From the NCBI GenBank assembly GCA_963841435.1, contig CAWJCS010000005.1, forward strand, positions 1,600,001-1,664,000: a DNA stretch of 64,000 nucleotides, written 5' to 3'. This document shows, piece by piece, positions 50,932-60,700 of the stretch (position 1 is its first letter; every line of letters starts with the position of its first letter). Under the pieces are notes generated by a model. The model was not told the DNA's origin, made no database searches, and saw only the letters and a list, made by a program, of their open reading frames with translations. The translations under genes and the position numbers were made by a program. Source of the DNA: an uncultured delta proteobacterium (lineage in GTDB: Bacteria; Myxococcota_A; Polyangia; Polyangiales; Polyangiaceae).

Positions 50932-53730
50932 TCATCCCGCTGGCCTTTTCGCGACCGGAACCCTGCCGCCGAGTGCCTCGAGCTCTTCCTTCGCGTGCTC
51001 GAGCTCGGCCGGTTCCGCCTCGCAGAGGAGCGCGCTCTCGAGCTCGAAGCGCGCGCGCCGCTTGTCGCCCGTGTGTGCGAGCGCCTCCGCGAAAGCGCGG
51101 TGCGTCTCGAAGCCCGTGATGTCCGCGTAGATGGCGCCCTCGCCGACCTCGACCGCCTGCTTGTACTCGCCGCGCGCCACGAGACGCCGCAAAAGCTCGC
51201 TAAAAACCAGCGGATCGTGCTCGGAAAGCAGCGCGAGCTTCTTCAGCAGCGCGAGTGAGCCGTCGGCGTCGCCCTGCTGCTCCGAGAGGCGCAAGAGCGC
51301 ATAGAGGGGCTCGGTCTGCGTGGGATCGAGCACCTCGGCGGCGCGCAGCGCGGCGAGCCGCGTCGGGGCGTCGTGCGTCGCTTCCGCAGCTTCGGCGAGC
51401 AGCATCTCCACGGCGAAGCCGTCCTGACCGTCGGCGAGCATGGAGCGCAAGAGCTTCACCGTCTCGCGCGGCTTGTTGCCCGCGAGCGCAACCCGTGCGG
51501 CGAGGTAGCGAGCGTCGGCATTCTTCGGGTCGAGCGTGCGGGCGCGCGACAGTACCGCCCCGGCCTCGTCGGTGCGACTCGCGCGAAACAGCGCGAGCGC
51601 GAGACGGGTGAGCTCGGCGGCGTTCTTGGGGTCGGCGCTCGCCCGCGCGCGCGCCGCATCCAGGCTCCCCACGCGCGAGAGCGGCACGTACTGCGAAGCG
51701 TAGCGAGCAAGATCGTGCTCCATTTCGGCTCGAAAATGCGCATCCTCCGCCGCCGGCTCGACGTGTAGCGCCTGCTCGAAGACCTCGCGTGTCGCCTTCC
51801 CTTCGCCCCACAGGCGCAGCATCGTCGCGAGCCGCTTCATGCCGTAGCGCTCACCGAGCATGGAGACGAGCCGGCTCGACGCGTAGTACGCCGTCGCGAC
51901 GTCGCTCAGCTGCTCCGCGCGCGTGAAGGCGCGGTTCATCGCCTCGATCGCCGGTACGCGTCCCGCGCGTCTGAGCTCGAAGAGCTCGGGCCCCTGTTCG
52001 CGCGTCCACTCGGGGCGCGCAATCGCCGTCTCGTATTCCGCGAGGCCTTCGGTGAACCAGCGTGGCACGCGGTTCCTCGAGAGCTGGATGTGGAACACGT
52101 GCGAGAGCTCGTGCCAGAGCGTCATGCCCAGGTTGAACTTCTCCTTCTGCGGGCTCATCGAGGCGAGCGTGTGGCCGAAGCAGACGCCCTGGATCGCGGT
52201 CTCGGGCAGACCGCTCGTGCGGATCGCGAAGTGTTCCCGATCCGCGTAGAGCTCGACACCGACCGGGATTTTCGGGGTGAAACCGTAGTGGTCCACGAAG
52301 GTCGAAAAGGCGCGCTCGAGCAGCGCGGGCACGTAGCGCTCGAGCAGCGCGCGGTCGGCCTTTTGATACCGCAGCGTGAAGCGCGTCCCCCGCACCGTCA
52401 CGTATTGCTTGGGGATGACCTTCTCGAAGAGCTCGAGCGTGTTGTAGACGCGAGCGTTGTACGGGTCGAGCGCGAAGGCGCGGCTCAACGCGGCCGTGCC
52501 TTCTTGATCGCGACCGGCGCGGATCAGGTTGATGCCGAGCCCGGCGAGCGCGGTCGCGTCGTTCGGATCGAGCGCCACCGCTTCGCGCATGAGCTCGACG
52601 ATGTCGTCGTAGCGGTGCTCCCAATCGGCAAAGTCTCCCACGATGGCGTAGAAGCGCGACCGCTCCGGGTTCTTGGCGAAGACGGCGCGCTTGTCGGCGA
52701 GGAACGCCGCGTCGTCGGAGCCGACGAAGTGAATCGCCGCGCGCAGGCTCATGAGATCGAGATCACCGGGCCGCGCGGCGAGGCCCTGCGCGACGCGCTC
52801 CTCCGCGAGCGACAAATCGACGTCGCGCAGCGCGACGCCGGCGAGCACGAAATGAGCCCGCGCGAGACGCGGGTTCTGCGCGAGTGCCGCACGGGCGAGC
52901 CGCTCCGCCTCGACGAAGTCGAGCGCCTGGGCGAGGCGCACCTCGGCGAGCATGACGAGCGCATCGGGATGCTGGGGCGCGCGCTCGAGGAGCTTCGAGA
53001 GAACTTCCTCGGCGTGCCCAGGGTCGTACTTCTCGAGGAACAGCTCCGCGCGGTACAGCAAGAGCTGGTCGTCGCGCACGCCGGTCTCCTCGGCCTCGGC
53101 GAACGCCTCGTTGGCGTCGCGCGGCGACCGCAAGAGGTAGGCTGCCCTGCCGACGAGCGCGAGCGCGTGGCTGTCACGCTCGCCGATGCGCCCTTCGTTG
53201 TAGTCCTCGATCACGGCGCGAAGCGGTGCCTCCGCGTCGGCTCGCCGCCCGAGCTCGATGCGCACCTCGCCGAGCAGAAGGCGCGCCTCGCGCGCCGCGG
53301 GTTGGTCCGCGACGCGCCCTAGGCTCGCCTCGGCATCCGTGAGGCGCCCCGCGCGGATCAGCGCCCGCGCCTCGATGACCTCGCGCCTCAGCGGGTCAGC
53401 GGACGCCGGGAGGCGCCCGAGCTCGCCGAGCGCCTCGTCGTAGCGACCGGTCAAAACCAGCGTTTCCGCGAGGCCGAAGCGCGCCTCCGCCGCGCGCGCT
53501 CTCCCGAGCTCGGCGCGGAAAGCGTGCTCGGCGCCCGCGTAGTCGCTCGCGGCGAGCAGGCGCCCGCCACGGGTGACGGCGTCCTCCGGTGCGGCGGGAG
53601 CGGTGGGGTGCGTCGCGTTCGTGCTGGCGCCGGCCTTCGCGTTCGCGGGCGCTTTGGCAGTGCCACGGGCGCCACCGCACGCGCTCGCGACGAGCACACA
53701 GAAAAGCGCCGAACGGCCGAGTGACGTCAC
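50932..53730 (-). CDS. TPR lipoprotein with gluzincin (peptidase MA-like) domain
   Basis: Lipobox ASAC; many TPR repeats; HELSH...PRWFTEGLAEY. Confidence 0.88.
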   Translation of the reverse strand: MTSLGRSALFCVLVASACGGARGTAKAPANAKAGASTNATHPTAPAAPEDAVTRGGRLLAASDYAGAEHAFRAELGRARAAEARFGLAETLVLTGRYDEALGELGRLPASADPLRREVIEARALIRAGRLTDAEASLGRVADQPAAREARLLLGEVRIELGRRADAEAPLRAVIEDYNEGRIGERDSHALALVGRAAYLLRSPRDANEAFAEAEETGVRDDQLLLYRAELFLEKYDPGHAEEVLSKLLERAPQHPDALVMLAEVRLAQALDFVEAERLARAALAQNPRLARAHFVLAGVALRDVDLSLAEERVAQGLAARPGDLDLMSLRAAIHFVGSDDAAFLADKRAVFAKNPERSRFYAIVGDFADWEHRYDDIVELMREAVALDPNDATALAGLGINLIRAGRDQEGTAALSRAFALDPYNARVYNTLELFEKVIPKQYVTVRGTRFTLRYQKADRALLERYVPALLERAFSTFVDHYGFTPKIPVGVELYADREHFAIRTSGLPETAIQGVCFGHTLASMSPQKEKFNLGMTLWHELSHVFHIQLSRNRVPRWFTEGLAEYETAIARPEWTREQGPELFELRRAGRVPAIEAMNRAFTRAEQLSDVATAYYASSRLVSMLGERYGMKRLATMLRLWGEGKATREVFEQALHVEPAAEDAHFRAEMEHDLARYASQYVPLSRVGSLDAARARASADPKNAAELTRLALALFRASRTDEAGAVLSRARTLDPKNADARYLAARVALAGNKPRETVKLLRSMLADGQDGFAVEMLLAEAAEATHDAPTRLAALRAAEVLDPTQTEPLYALLRLSEQQGDADGSLALLKKLALLSEHDPLVFSELLRRLVARGEYKQAVEVGEGAIYADITGFETHRAFAEALAHTGDKRRARFELESALLCEAEPAELEHAKEELEALGGRVPVAKRPAG

Positions 53731-53740
53731 GATCACGAGT

Positions 53741-54532
53741 CTACCAGTCGAGGCGCACGCGTGCTCCCGGTCCCGCCCCGAGGCGCGTGGCCGCTCGAGC
53801 GTCGCGAGCGACGACCTCGAGCTGCCCGAAGGAGCCCACGAGAGCGCCGCATTCGCCCTCGGCGAGCTCGGCGTAGGTGCCGACGAGTCGGATCTCCCGC
53901 TCGAGCAGCCGGATCCTGGCCCCCGCGATGGCCGTGAGCGCCGGCCCTTCGAGGTTGGTCACGAGATTGCCGAAGTGATCGACCAGCACGACCTCGCCCT
54001 CCGCGCTGCCGCCGCCGCCGCTCTCGGCGCTGACGCGTGGCTCGGGCAGGAGGTTCGTCGCGAGCGGCTCGACGACGATGCCGACTGCCTCGAAGGCGAG
54101 GCGCCCCGCCGCGAGCTCCCCGGCCACGGGCGCGAATAGGTCGCGACCGTGGAAGGTGCGCGCCGGCACCTCGAGGCCGAGCGCCGACGGCTCGACCGCG
54201 CGCGCTTCGAAGGAGCCTGCCGTCTTGCGGACGCGCTCGAGCAGGCCGTTGTCGGGCGCCACGAAGAGCTGCCCGTCCGCGCGCGCGACGAGCGCGCGCC
54301 GCTCGCTGCCGACCCCGGGGTCGACGACGGCGAGGTGCACGGTGCCCGCCGCAAACCACGGATAGGCGAGCCCCAGCCAGAACGCCCCGTCGCACACGCG
54401 CTGCGGGGCGATCTCGTGCGTGAGGTCGACGAGCCTGGCCTCGGGATGACGCGCGAGGAGCACGCCTTTCATCACCCCCACGAACGGCTCGCGCGTCCCG
54501 AAGTCGGTGAGGAGCGTGACGATGCCGCTCAT
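53741..54532 (-). CDS. SAM hydroxide adenosyltransferase (DUF62; chlorinase/fluorinase family)
   Basis: TLLTDFG, VVDPGVGSER, PDNG, TFHGRDLFAP and VDHFGN motifs. Confidence 0.94.
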   Translation of the reverse strand: MSGIVTLLTDFGTREPFVGVMKGVLLARHPEARLVDLTHEIAPQRVCDGAFWLGLAYPWFAAGTVHLAVVDPGVGSERRALVARADGQLFVAPDNGLLERVRKTAGSFEARAVEPSALGLEVPARTFHGRDLFAPVAGELAAGRLAFEAVGIVVEPLATNLLPEPRVSAESGGGGSAEGEVVLVDHFGNLVTNLEGPALTAIAGARIRLLEREIRLVGTYAELAEGECGALVGSFGQLEVVARDARAATRLGAGPGARVRLDW

Positions 54533-54855
54533 GGTGCCCCTTTCGCGCCCTCGGGCTCGCTCGACGGTCGCCAGCGCGCGACCCGACGCGGCCACCCCGA
54601 GCCCGCGCGGTGGCGCTGCCAAGCGCCGCGCAGCGTCGTCAGCACGAGCCGCTCGAGCCATGCAGGCGCCGGCAGGGTGCTCGGCTCACTCCGGAGCTCC
54701 ACGCGCCCGTCCGCATCCGCCACGGAAGCGCGGCCGCTCCACACGTGACCGTCGGCACTGAGCTCGAGGGCGTAGTCGGCGCCTTCGTTGCTCCGCCCGA
54801 GCAGGCGCGCGACGAGCCGGCCCCCCGTCGTCTCGCTGCTCGGGTCGTCGCTCAT
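54529..54855 (-). CDS. Hypothetical protein
   Basis: ATGA-coupled to the DUF62 gene; WPRRVARWR C-terminal motif. Confidence 0.65.
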   Translation of the reverse strand: MSDDPSSETTGGRLVARLLGRSNEGADYALELSADGHVWSGRASVADADGRVELRSEPSTLPAPAWLERLVLTTLRGAWQRHRAGSGWPRRVARWRPSSEPEGAKGAP

Positions 54856-54898
54856 GCTGGCTCGCGTAGCACCCCAAGGCCTGACCCCAAACACCGCG

Positions 54899-54915
54899 AA
54901 TTGGTTGAACCAATT
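54899..54915. promoter_or_regulatory. Perfect dyad operator AATTGGT-TGA-ACCAATT (FadR/PdhR-type GntR box-like)
   Basis: 17-bp inverted repeat in an AT-rich divergent intergenic region. Confidence 0.65.
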
Positions 54916-55005
54916 GTGGGCACGGCGTTACGCGGAGTGCGAATGACGCTGCGCGTTATATCCACAGTCTGGAAAATTCCCTGTGTCAATTCGGTTAGTT
55001 ACCTC

Positions 55006-55021
55006 TGGCATGGACCTGGCT
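55006..55021 (+). promoter_or_regulatory. Sigma54 (-24/-12) promoter
   Basis: TGGCATGGACCTGGCT has GG-N10-GC spacing, about 30 nt upstream of the ATG at 55050. Confidence 0.65.
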
Positions 55022-55049
55022 ATGTCACAATCGAAAGAAGGTGCACTCC

Positions 55050-56189
55050 ATGCCCGGACTCGACTGGCTCGGCTGGCTCCCGATTGCGGTCTCCAGCCTG
55101 TGGATCGTCGGTGGCCTGCTGTCCGTCATCGCGGTCACGCGGCGGCGAGGCACCCTGATGGCGAGTCCGGCACCCGTGAGCGTGCTGAAGCCGCTCTGTG
55201 GGTGCGACGCCGATCTCGAGGAGAACCTCGTGACGTTCTTCACGCAGGATCACCCCGACTTCGAGCTCGTGTTCGGCGTGACCGATCCGGACGATCCCGC
55301 GGTCGTGGTCGTCCGCACACTGATGGACCGCTACCCTTTGGTCCAGGCGCGCCTCGTCGTGCACCGAGGCTCGCGCGCGCTAAACCCAAAGGTCGACAAC
55401 CTGCTCGGCATGCTGCCCAGCGCTCGCCACGACCTGATCCTCGTGAGCGACAGCAACGTGCGCGCACCACGCCACTACGTGCGCGAGGTCGCGACCCTGC
55501 ACGAGCGCGAGGGAGCGGGCCTCGTGACGAACCTGTTCGCGGGCGAAGGTGAGGACACGCTCGGCGCCGCGCTCGAGAACGTTCAGCTCTCCGGCTTCGT
55601 CGCGGCGGGCGTCGCGTTGCCCACCCTCGTCGGCGACCCCATTCTGGTCGGCAAATCGGCGCTATTTTCGCGCCGCGCCCTCGAGGATCTCGGCGGTCTC
55701 GCCCGCTTCGCCGACGTGCTCGCCGAAGACTTCGTGATGGGCAAGACCTTCGCACACGCCGGTCAGAAGCTCGTCGTAGCACCGAGCGTGCTCGCGAACG
55801 TGACGCGCACCATGAGCGTCCGGCAGATGCTCGCGCGGCAGCTGCGCTGGACCATGTTTCGCTTCCGCCTGCGCCCCGCCATCGCGGCGCTCGAGCCGCT
55901 CACGAGCCCGCTTGCCCTCGTCCCCTTCGCGTGGCTCGTGCTGGGGCCGTGGTCGCTCGCCTGGGCGGCCGCGCTCATCGCGCTGCGCGACGTGGGCGGC
56001 TGGCTCGCGCTGCGCGGCATCCGGAGGGCGCACCTGCCGCTCCTGCTCGGCCCGCTGCGCGAGCTCCTCGTGCTCGGGGTTTGGGCCGTAGCGCCTTTCA
56101 AGCGGCACGTTTCCTGGCGCGGCAAGCGCTTCCTGCTCGGGGCCGGAACCCTGCTTTACCTCGATCGAGCGCGCTTCAACCGCGCATGA
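55050..56189 (+). CDS. Ceramide glucosyltransferase/HpnI-like glycosyltransferase (GT21-like)
   Basis: VSVLKPLCG, NPKV, SDSNV, LAEDF and RQLRW motifs; N- and C-terminal TM segments. Confidence 0.88.
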   Translation: MPGLDWLGWLPIAVSSLWIVGGLLSVIAVTRRRGTLMASPAPVSVLKPLCGCDADLEENLVTFFTQDHPDFELVFGVTDPDDPAVVVVRTLMDRYPLVQARLVVHRGSRALNPKVDNLLGMLPSARHDLILVSDSNVRAPRHYVREVATLHEREGAGLVTNLFAGEGEDTLGAALENVQLSGFVAAGVALPTLVGDPILVGKSALFSRRALEDLGGLARFADVLAEDFVMGKTFAHAGQKLVVAPSVLANVTRTMSVRQMLARQLRWTMFRFRLRPAIAALEPLTSPLALVPFAWLVLGPWSLAWAAALIALRDVGGWLALRGIRRAHLPLLLGPLRELLVLGVWAVAPFKRHVSWRGKRFLLGAGTLLYLDRARFNRA

Positions 56190-56938
56190 GCCGGTCGAGC
56201 TCGACACCGGCGCCCGCGAGCACGCGCTCTTCGAGCGCGATCGAGATCGGCGACGCCCTTGAGCGCGAGGTCGATCATGCTGTCGAGCTCCGGTCGCGGC
56301 AGTGCCTCGCCCTCGGCCGTGCCCTGGAGCTCGACGATGCCGCCGCGCCCCGTGGCGACGACGTTGAGATCGACGCGCGCCACGCTGTCCTCGGCGTAGC
56401 AGAGATCCAGCGCGAGCTCGCCGTCAACGTGACCGACGCTCACGGCCGCCACGCGGTCGCGAAGCGGAGGCTTTTCGAGCTTGCCGGCGCGCCGGAGCTT
56501 GTCGAGCGCGAGCGCGAGCGCAATGAAGCCCGCCGTGATCGACGCGGTGCGCGTCCCGCCGTCGGCTTCGAGAACGTCGCAATCGATGACGACACTGCGT
56601 TCGCCGAGCTTTTCGAGATCGAGCGCGGCGCGGAGAGCGCGGCCGACCAGGCGCTGGATCTCACGCGAGCGACCCCCGAGCGGCCGTTCGCGCCCGTCGC
56701 GCGACTCCCGCCGCTTCGGGTTCGAGCGTGGGTGCATTTGGTATTCGGCGGTCACCCAGCCCTTGCCGCGCCCCGCCATGAACTCGGGCACCGACTCATC
56801 CACCGACGCGGTCGCAAGGACGAGCGTTCCGCCAGCACGGTAAAGCGCTGAGCCCTCGGAAAGCTTGTGGAAACCGGGCGTGACCTCGACCGGCCGGAGC
56901 TCGTCGAGAGGCCGGCCCCCGCGTCGTGTACTTTTCAT
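56176..56938 (-). CDS. rph: Ribonuclease PH (apparent +1 frameshift near the 3' end, ~56242)
   Basis: GWVTAEY, RSREIQRLVGRALR and CDVLEADGGTRTASIT motifs. Removing one G restores the tail LIALEERVL...LMRG*. Confidence 0.95.
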
Positions 56939-57082
56939 CGGGGTTCTTCTAACATGAGAAGGTTGGGGGAAAGTATCTCGGCTCCCGAGTACGATGGCAT
57001 GAAAATGGTCGTGTCCGTGTCCCCACTGACTGGCAAACCCCGCGATCCCGCAGCATGCTAATCGACTGGCGGATAGAGGCTG

Positions 57083-58549
57083 ATGCTTAGCACCGGCGAA
57101 ATCATCGACGGCAAGTACCGTATCGTGCGCCTGCTCGGGGAAGGCGGCATGGGCGCGGTCTACGAGGGCGAGAACACGCGCATTCATCGGCGTGTCGCGA
57201 TCAAGGTGCTCCACTCGGGTGTGGCCGAGCAGGGCGAGGCCGTGGCGCGTTTCGAGCGCGAGGCCCAGGCAGCAGGCCGCATCGGTTCCGAGCACATCGT
57301 CGAGGTGCTGGATCTGGGCACCCTTGCCGGTGGCGATCGTTACCTCGTGATGGAGTACCTCGATGGCGAGGGTCTCGGCACTCGCATCAAGGACCGCGGG
57401 CGGCTCACCCCCGCCGAGCTCTGTCCGATTGCGCATCAGCTGATGGAGGGGCTCGCGGCCGCGCACGGCGCCGGCATCATCCACCGCGACCTCAAACCGG
57501 ATAACGTGTTTCTGCTCCCGAATCGCAGCGGCCAGCAGGATTTCGTGAAGCTGCTCGACTTCGGCATCTCGAAGTTCAACCAGCTGAGCGGTGACAGCGG
57601 ATTCAGCATGACGCGCACGGGCGCCGTCATGGGAACGCCCTATTACATGGCGCCCGAGCAGGCGAAGGGCTCGCGCGAGATGGACCACCGCGTGGACCTC
57701 TACGCTGCGGGAGTGATCCTCTACGAAGCGCTCACCGGGCAGGTGCCCTTCAACGCCGATACGTTCAACGAGCTGCTGTTCAAGATCGTCCTCGAAGAGC
57801 CTCGCCCGCTCGAGCAGGTCGACGCTTCGATCGACTCGGGCTTTGCGGCGATCGTCACGAAAGCGATGGCGCGCGATCCCGCCCATCGCTTCCAGACGGC
57901 CAAGGAGTTCCAGGAAACGCTCGGACAGTGGGGTGCCGGTCATGGGCACGAGCTCGCGAATCGGTTGCGCGTCGCTCCCGCGGCGGGGACGGGCCTCCGC
58001 TCGTCGTCGATGAGCCGCACGCCTGCACAGGGGCTCGGCACCGGAACGCTGGGCACGGGAACGCCCGGCACCTGGGCGCAGACCGGGCCGAACCTCGACG
58101 CCGGCCTCGACACCATCCCGAAGAAGAGCAACATGGGTCTCTTCATCGGCGTCGCCCTCGCGGGCCTCGTGATCGGTGGGGGCGGTATCGCCGTCATGAA
58201 GATGCGCGGGGACGCCGAGGCCGAAAAGAAGCTCGCCGAGGCCGCAGCCGCCGACAAGGCGGCTCAGGAAGCCGCTGCCCAGGCGCAGGCCGCCAAGGTC
58301 GAAGAAGAGCGCGCGCGCGCTGCAGCGGCCGAGCAGGAGGCCGCGAAGGTCAAGGTCGAGGCCAATCAGGCGAAGGCCGAGGCCGCGAAGGCCAAGGCCG
58401 TGGCTTCGAAGCTTGCCGCGAGCGCGAGCGCAGCCGCCGCGAAGCCTCCCCCGGTGGTCGTGCGCCACGTCGCGGCGCGCCCCGCACCCGAGCCGCCCAA
58501 GCCGGCCTCGACGACTGGCTCCGGCCGCAGAATCCGCACGTCGCTGTGA
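57083..58549 (+). CDS. Membrane Ser/Thr protein kinase
   Basis: GEGGMGAVY, VAIK, HRDLKPDN, DFG and GTPYYMAPE motifs; TM segment; Ala/Lys-rich (TolA-like) tail. Confidence 0.96.
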   Translation: MLSTGEIIDGKYRIVRLLGEGGMGAVYEGENTRIHRRVAIKVLHSGVAEQGEAVARFEREAQAAGRIGSEHIVEVLDLGTLAGGDRYLVMEYLDGEGLGTRIKDRGRLTPAELCPIAHQLMEGLAAAHGAGIIHRDLKPDNVFLLPNRSGQQDFVKLLDFGISKFNQLSGDSGFSMTRTGAVMGTPYYMAPEQAKGSREMDHRVDLYAAGVILYEALTGQVPFNADTFNELLFKIVLEEPRPLEQVDASIDSGFAAIVTKAMARDPAHRFQTAKEFQETLGQWGAGHGHELANRLRVAPAAGTGLRSSSMSRTPAQGLGTGTLGTGTPGTWAQTGPNLDAGLDTIPKKSNMGLFIGVALAGLVIGGGGIAVMKMRGDAEAEKKLAEAAAADKAAQEAAAQAQAAKVEEERARAAAAEQEAAKVKVEANQAKAEAAKAKAVASKLAASASAAAAKPPPVVVRHVAARPAPEPPKPASTTGSGRRIRTSL

Positions 58550-59259
58550 CAGGCGCCGCGCCGCGCGACGTGCCGACGCTCGCGGTCTCCGAGATCTTCG
58601 CGAGCATCCAGGGTGAAGGCCCGAGCGCGGGCGAGCCCTGCGTCTTTTTGCGCCTGGCGGGCTGCAACCTGCGCTGTCGCTTCTGCGACACGCCGTACAC
58701 GTGGGACTACAAGCGCTACCGCGTCGAGGACGAGGTCACGGCGCTCACGCTCGACGATGTGCTCGGGCGCCTCGTGGCGAGCGGCCAGTGCCGACTCGTG
58801 ATCACCGGAGGCGAGCCGCTCTTGCAGCAGCGAACGCTCGCCGCGCTCCTTTCGCGGCTGCCCGGGGCCTTTTACGTGGAGATCGAGACGAACGGCACCG
58901 TCCTTCCCGACGCGGCGCTCGTCGAGCGCGTCAATCAGTGGAACGTGTCGCCCAAGCTCTCGAACGCGGGCGACGACGAGCGCGCGCGCCTCGATCCCAC
59001 CGTGCTCGCCGCCTTCCTCGCCACCGAGCGCGCTTACCTCAAGCTCGTCGTCGGCAGCGGCGCCGACCTCATCGAGGCCGAGGCGCTCAGGGTGGGAGCG
59101 GGGTGGCCTGCAAGCCGCACGCTGCTCATGCCCGAGGCCGCCACTCGCGCGGAGCTCGCACGCCGCGCGGGCTTCGTCCGGGAGGAGGCCCTGCGCCGCG
59201 GCGTCGGCTACTCGCCGCGGTTGCACGTCGAGCGCTGGGACGGCGCCCGCGGACGCTGA
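58546..59259 (+). CDS. queE: 7-carboxy-7-deazaguanine synthase (radical SAM)
   Basis: EIFASIQGEG, CNLRCRFCDT, TGGEP, IETNG, SPK and PRLH motifs. Confidence 0.92.
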   Translation: MTGAAPRDVPTLAVSEIFASIQGEGPSAGEPCVFLRLAGCNLRCRFCDTPYTWDYKRYRVEDEVTALTLDDVLGRLVASGQCRLVITGGEPLLQQRTLAALLSRLPGAFYVEIETNGTVLPDAALVERVNQWNVSPKLSNAGDDERARLDPTVLAAFLATERAYLKLVVGSGADLIEAEALRVGAGWPASRTLLMPEAATRAELARRAGFVREEALRRGVGYSPRLHVERWDGARGR

Positions 59260-59285
59260 GGCGCGACGCGGACGCCGGGCGCGGG

Positions 59286-60422
59286 TCAGTCGTCGCTGCC
59301 CTTGCGTCGCACGGCCTCGCGTGCGGCGCGCGAGCGCGCACGGAACGCTCGCTTTTGCTCGCTCCGGAGTCGCGCGTCCACCCGCGCGCGCTGGTGCCGG
59401 AGCTCGCCCTCGAGCTTGCGTGCGCTCTCGAGCCGGGAAGCGGGCAAAGCGCCCGATTCCACGGCCGTTCGGACCGCGCACCCGGGCTCGCCGCGGTGCC
59501 CACAGTCGCGAAAGCGGCAGCGCGCCGCGAACGCGTCGATGTCCGAAAACCCGGCGTCCTCGTGCTCGTTGTCCGCGTCTCCGAAGAGCGCGAGCTCGCG
59601 CATGCCCGGCGTGTCGATCAGGAGCCCGCCGCCGGGCAACGCCACGAGCTCGCGCTCGGTCGTCGTGTGGCGACCGCGTGCGTCGGCCTCGCGCACGTCG
59701 GCGGTGTGCCGAGCATCGCGCCCGAGCAGCCGGTTGACGAGCGTCGACTTGCCGACTCCGGACGAGCCGAGCAGCACCGCGGTCGCACCGGGCTCCACGC
59801 GGCGGCGCAAGGGCTCGAGACCGTGCCCGGCGAGCGCGCTCACGAGCGCGACCTCGACGCCGGCGAGCGCTTCGGACACGAGCGCGGCCGCCTGCTCGGG
59901 GTCGCTCGCCAGGTCCGCCTTGTTGATCACGATCACCGCGGGAATTCGGCTCTCTCGTGCGAGCGTCACGTACCTTTCGAGGCGCCTCGTGTTGAGGCTG
60001 CGGCGCTGCACGTGCTCGCCCGCGCCATCGGGCGCGAGGGCCGACACCACGAAGCACACGTCAACGTTGGCGGCGAGCACCTGCCCGCGCGACGTTCCGT
60101 CAACACGCTGTCGCCGGAGCACACTTTTTCGCTCGAGCAAACCGACGACACGCGAGACGGGGTCGGCCGGCTCGACGAGCACCCAGTCGCCGACGGCCGG
60201 GCGATCGTCCGTCGTGAGCTCGTGCTCGAGCCGGCCGCTCAGCTTCGCGCGCCGGACATCGCCGTCGCCGAGCACGCCGTACTCGCCACGGCGCTCGCAC
60301 ACGATGCGCAGTGGACAGGCGAGGGACGCGCCCGAGCCCTCCTCGCGCGCGCGCGCTTCCTGCAGGAAAACTGGCGAAAAGCCGAGCTCGACGAGCCCGG
60401 GAGAAACCCGAAATGAAGACAT
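59286..60422 (-). CDS. rsgA: Ribosome small subunit-dependent GTPase A
   Basis: VGDWV, NKAD, GSSGVGKST, GRHTT, DTPG and CRFRDCGHRGEPGC motifs. Confidence 0.96.
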   Translation of the reverse strand: MSSFRVSPGLVELGFSPVFLQEARAREEGSGASLACPLRIVCERRGEYGVLGDGDVRRAKLSGRLEHELTTDDRPAVGDWVLVEPADPVSRVVGLLERKSVLRRQRVDGTSRGQVLAANVDVCFVVSALAPDGAGEHVQRRSLNTRRLERYVTLARESRIPAVIVINKADLASDPEQAAALVSEALAGVEVALVSALAGHGLEPLRRRVEPGATAVLLGSSGVGKSTLVNRLLGRDARHTADVREADARGRHTTTERELVALPGGGLLIDTPGMRELALFGDADNEHEDAGFSDIDAFAARCRFRDCGHRGEPGCAVRTAVESGALPASRLESARKLEGELRHQRARVDARLRSEQKRAFRARSRAAREAVRRKGSDD

Positions 60423-60524
60423 GATGAACCCCGAGAGCGGTGGAGGAGCGCGCCGACGGCGCGCTCCTGTCGCAGCAACGCGGTCGCGCGCTGCCTGGTG
60501 CGGCCCGGCACCTTGCCGGGCGGG

Positions 60525-60569
60525 CTAGCTCTGTCCGCAGAAGGAGCGGACGACTTCGACTTGGGTCAT
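60525..60569 (-). CDS. Putative leader peptide MTQVEVVRSFCGQS upstream of rsgA
   Basis: Strong RBS AGAAAGGAG 6 nt before the ATG; 14 codons then TAG; embedded in hairpins. Confidence 0.6.
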   Translation of the reverse strand: MTQVEVVRSFCGQS

Positions 60570-60700
60570 GAAGGGCTCCTTTCTGCGGTGGGGTGGTCTC
60601 GACCTTCGAGACACCAAGGACAAATGACATGCCCCCGAAAGGGCGTCAACGCGTCCGTCCCTCGAAGGAGTGCACGACTCGGCGCGGCGCGATCGTCATC

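Noticed and set aside
53741-54532. Halogenase (fluorinase/chlorinase) biosynthetic cluster
   Set aside because: It has the TFHGRD motif typical of widespread DUF62 SAM hydrolases, and no biosynthetic genes are adjacent.
54957-54967. DnaA box / oriC (ATATCCACA)
   Set aside because: A single 8/9 match, with no box cluster, unwinding element or dnaA/parAB context.
56156-58468. 770-aa ORF extending rph
   Set aside because: The upstream portion is antisense to the Ser/Thr kinase; RNase PH similarity begins at 56938.
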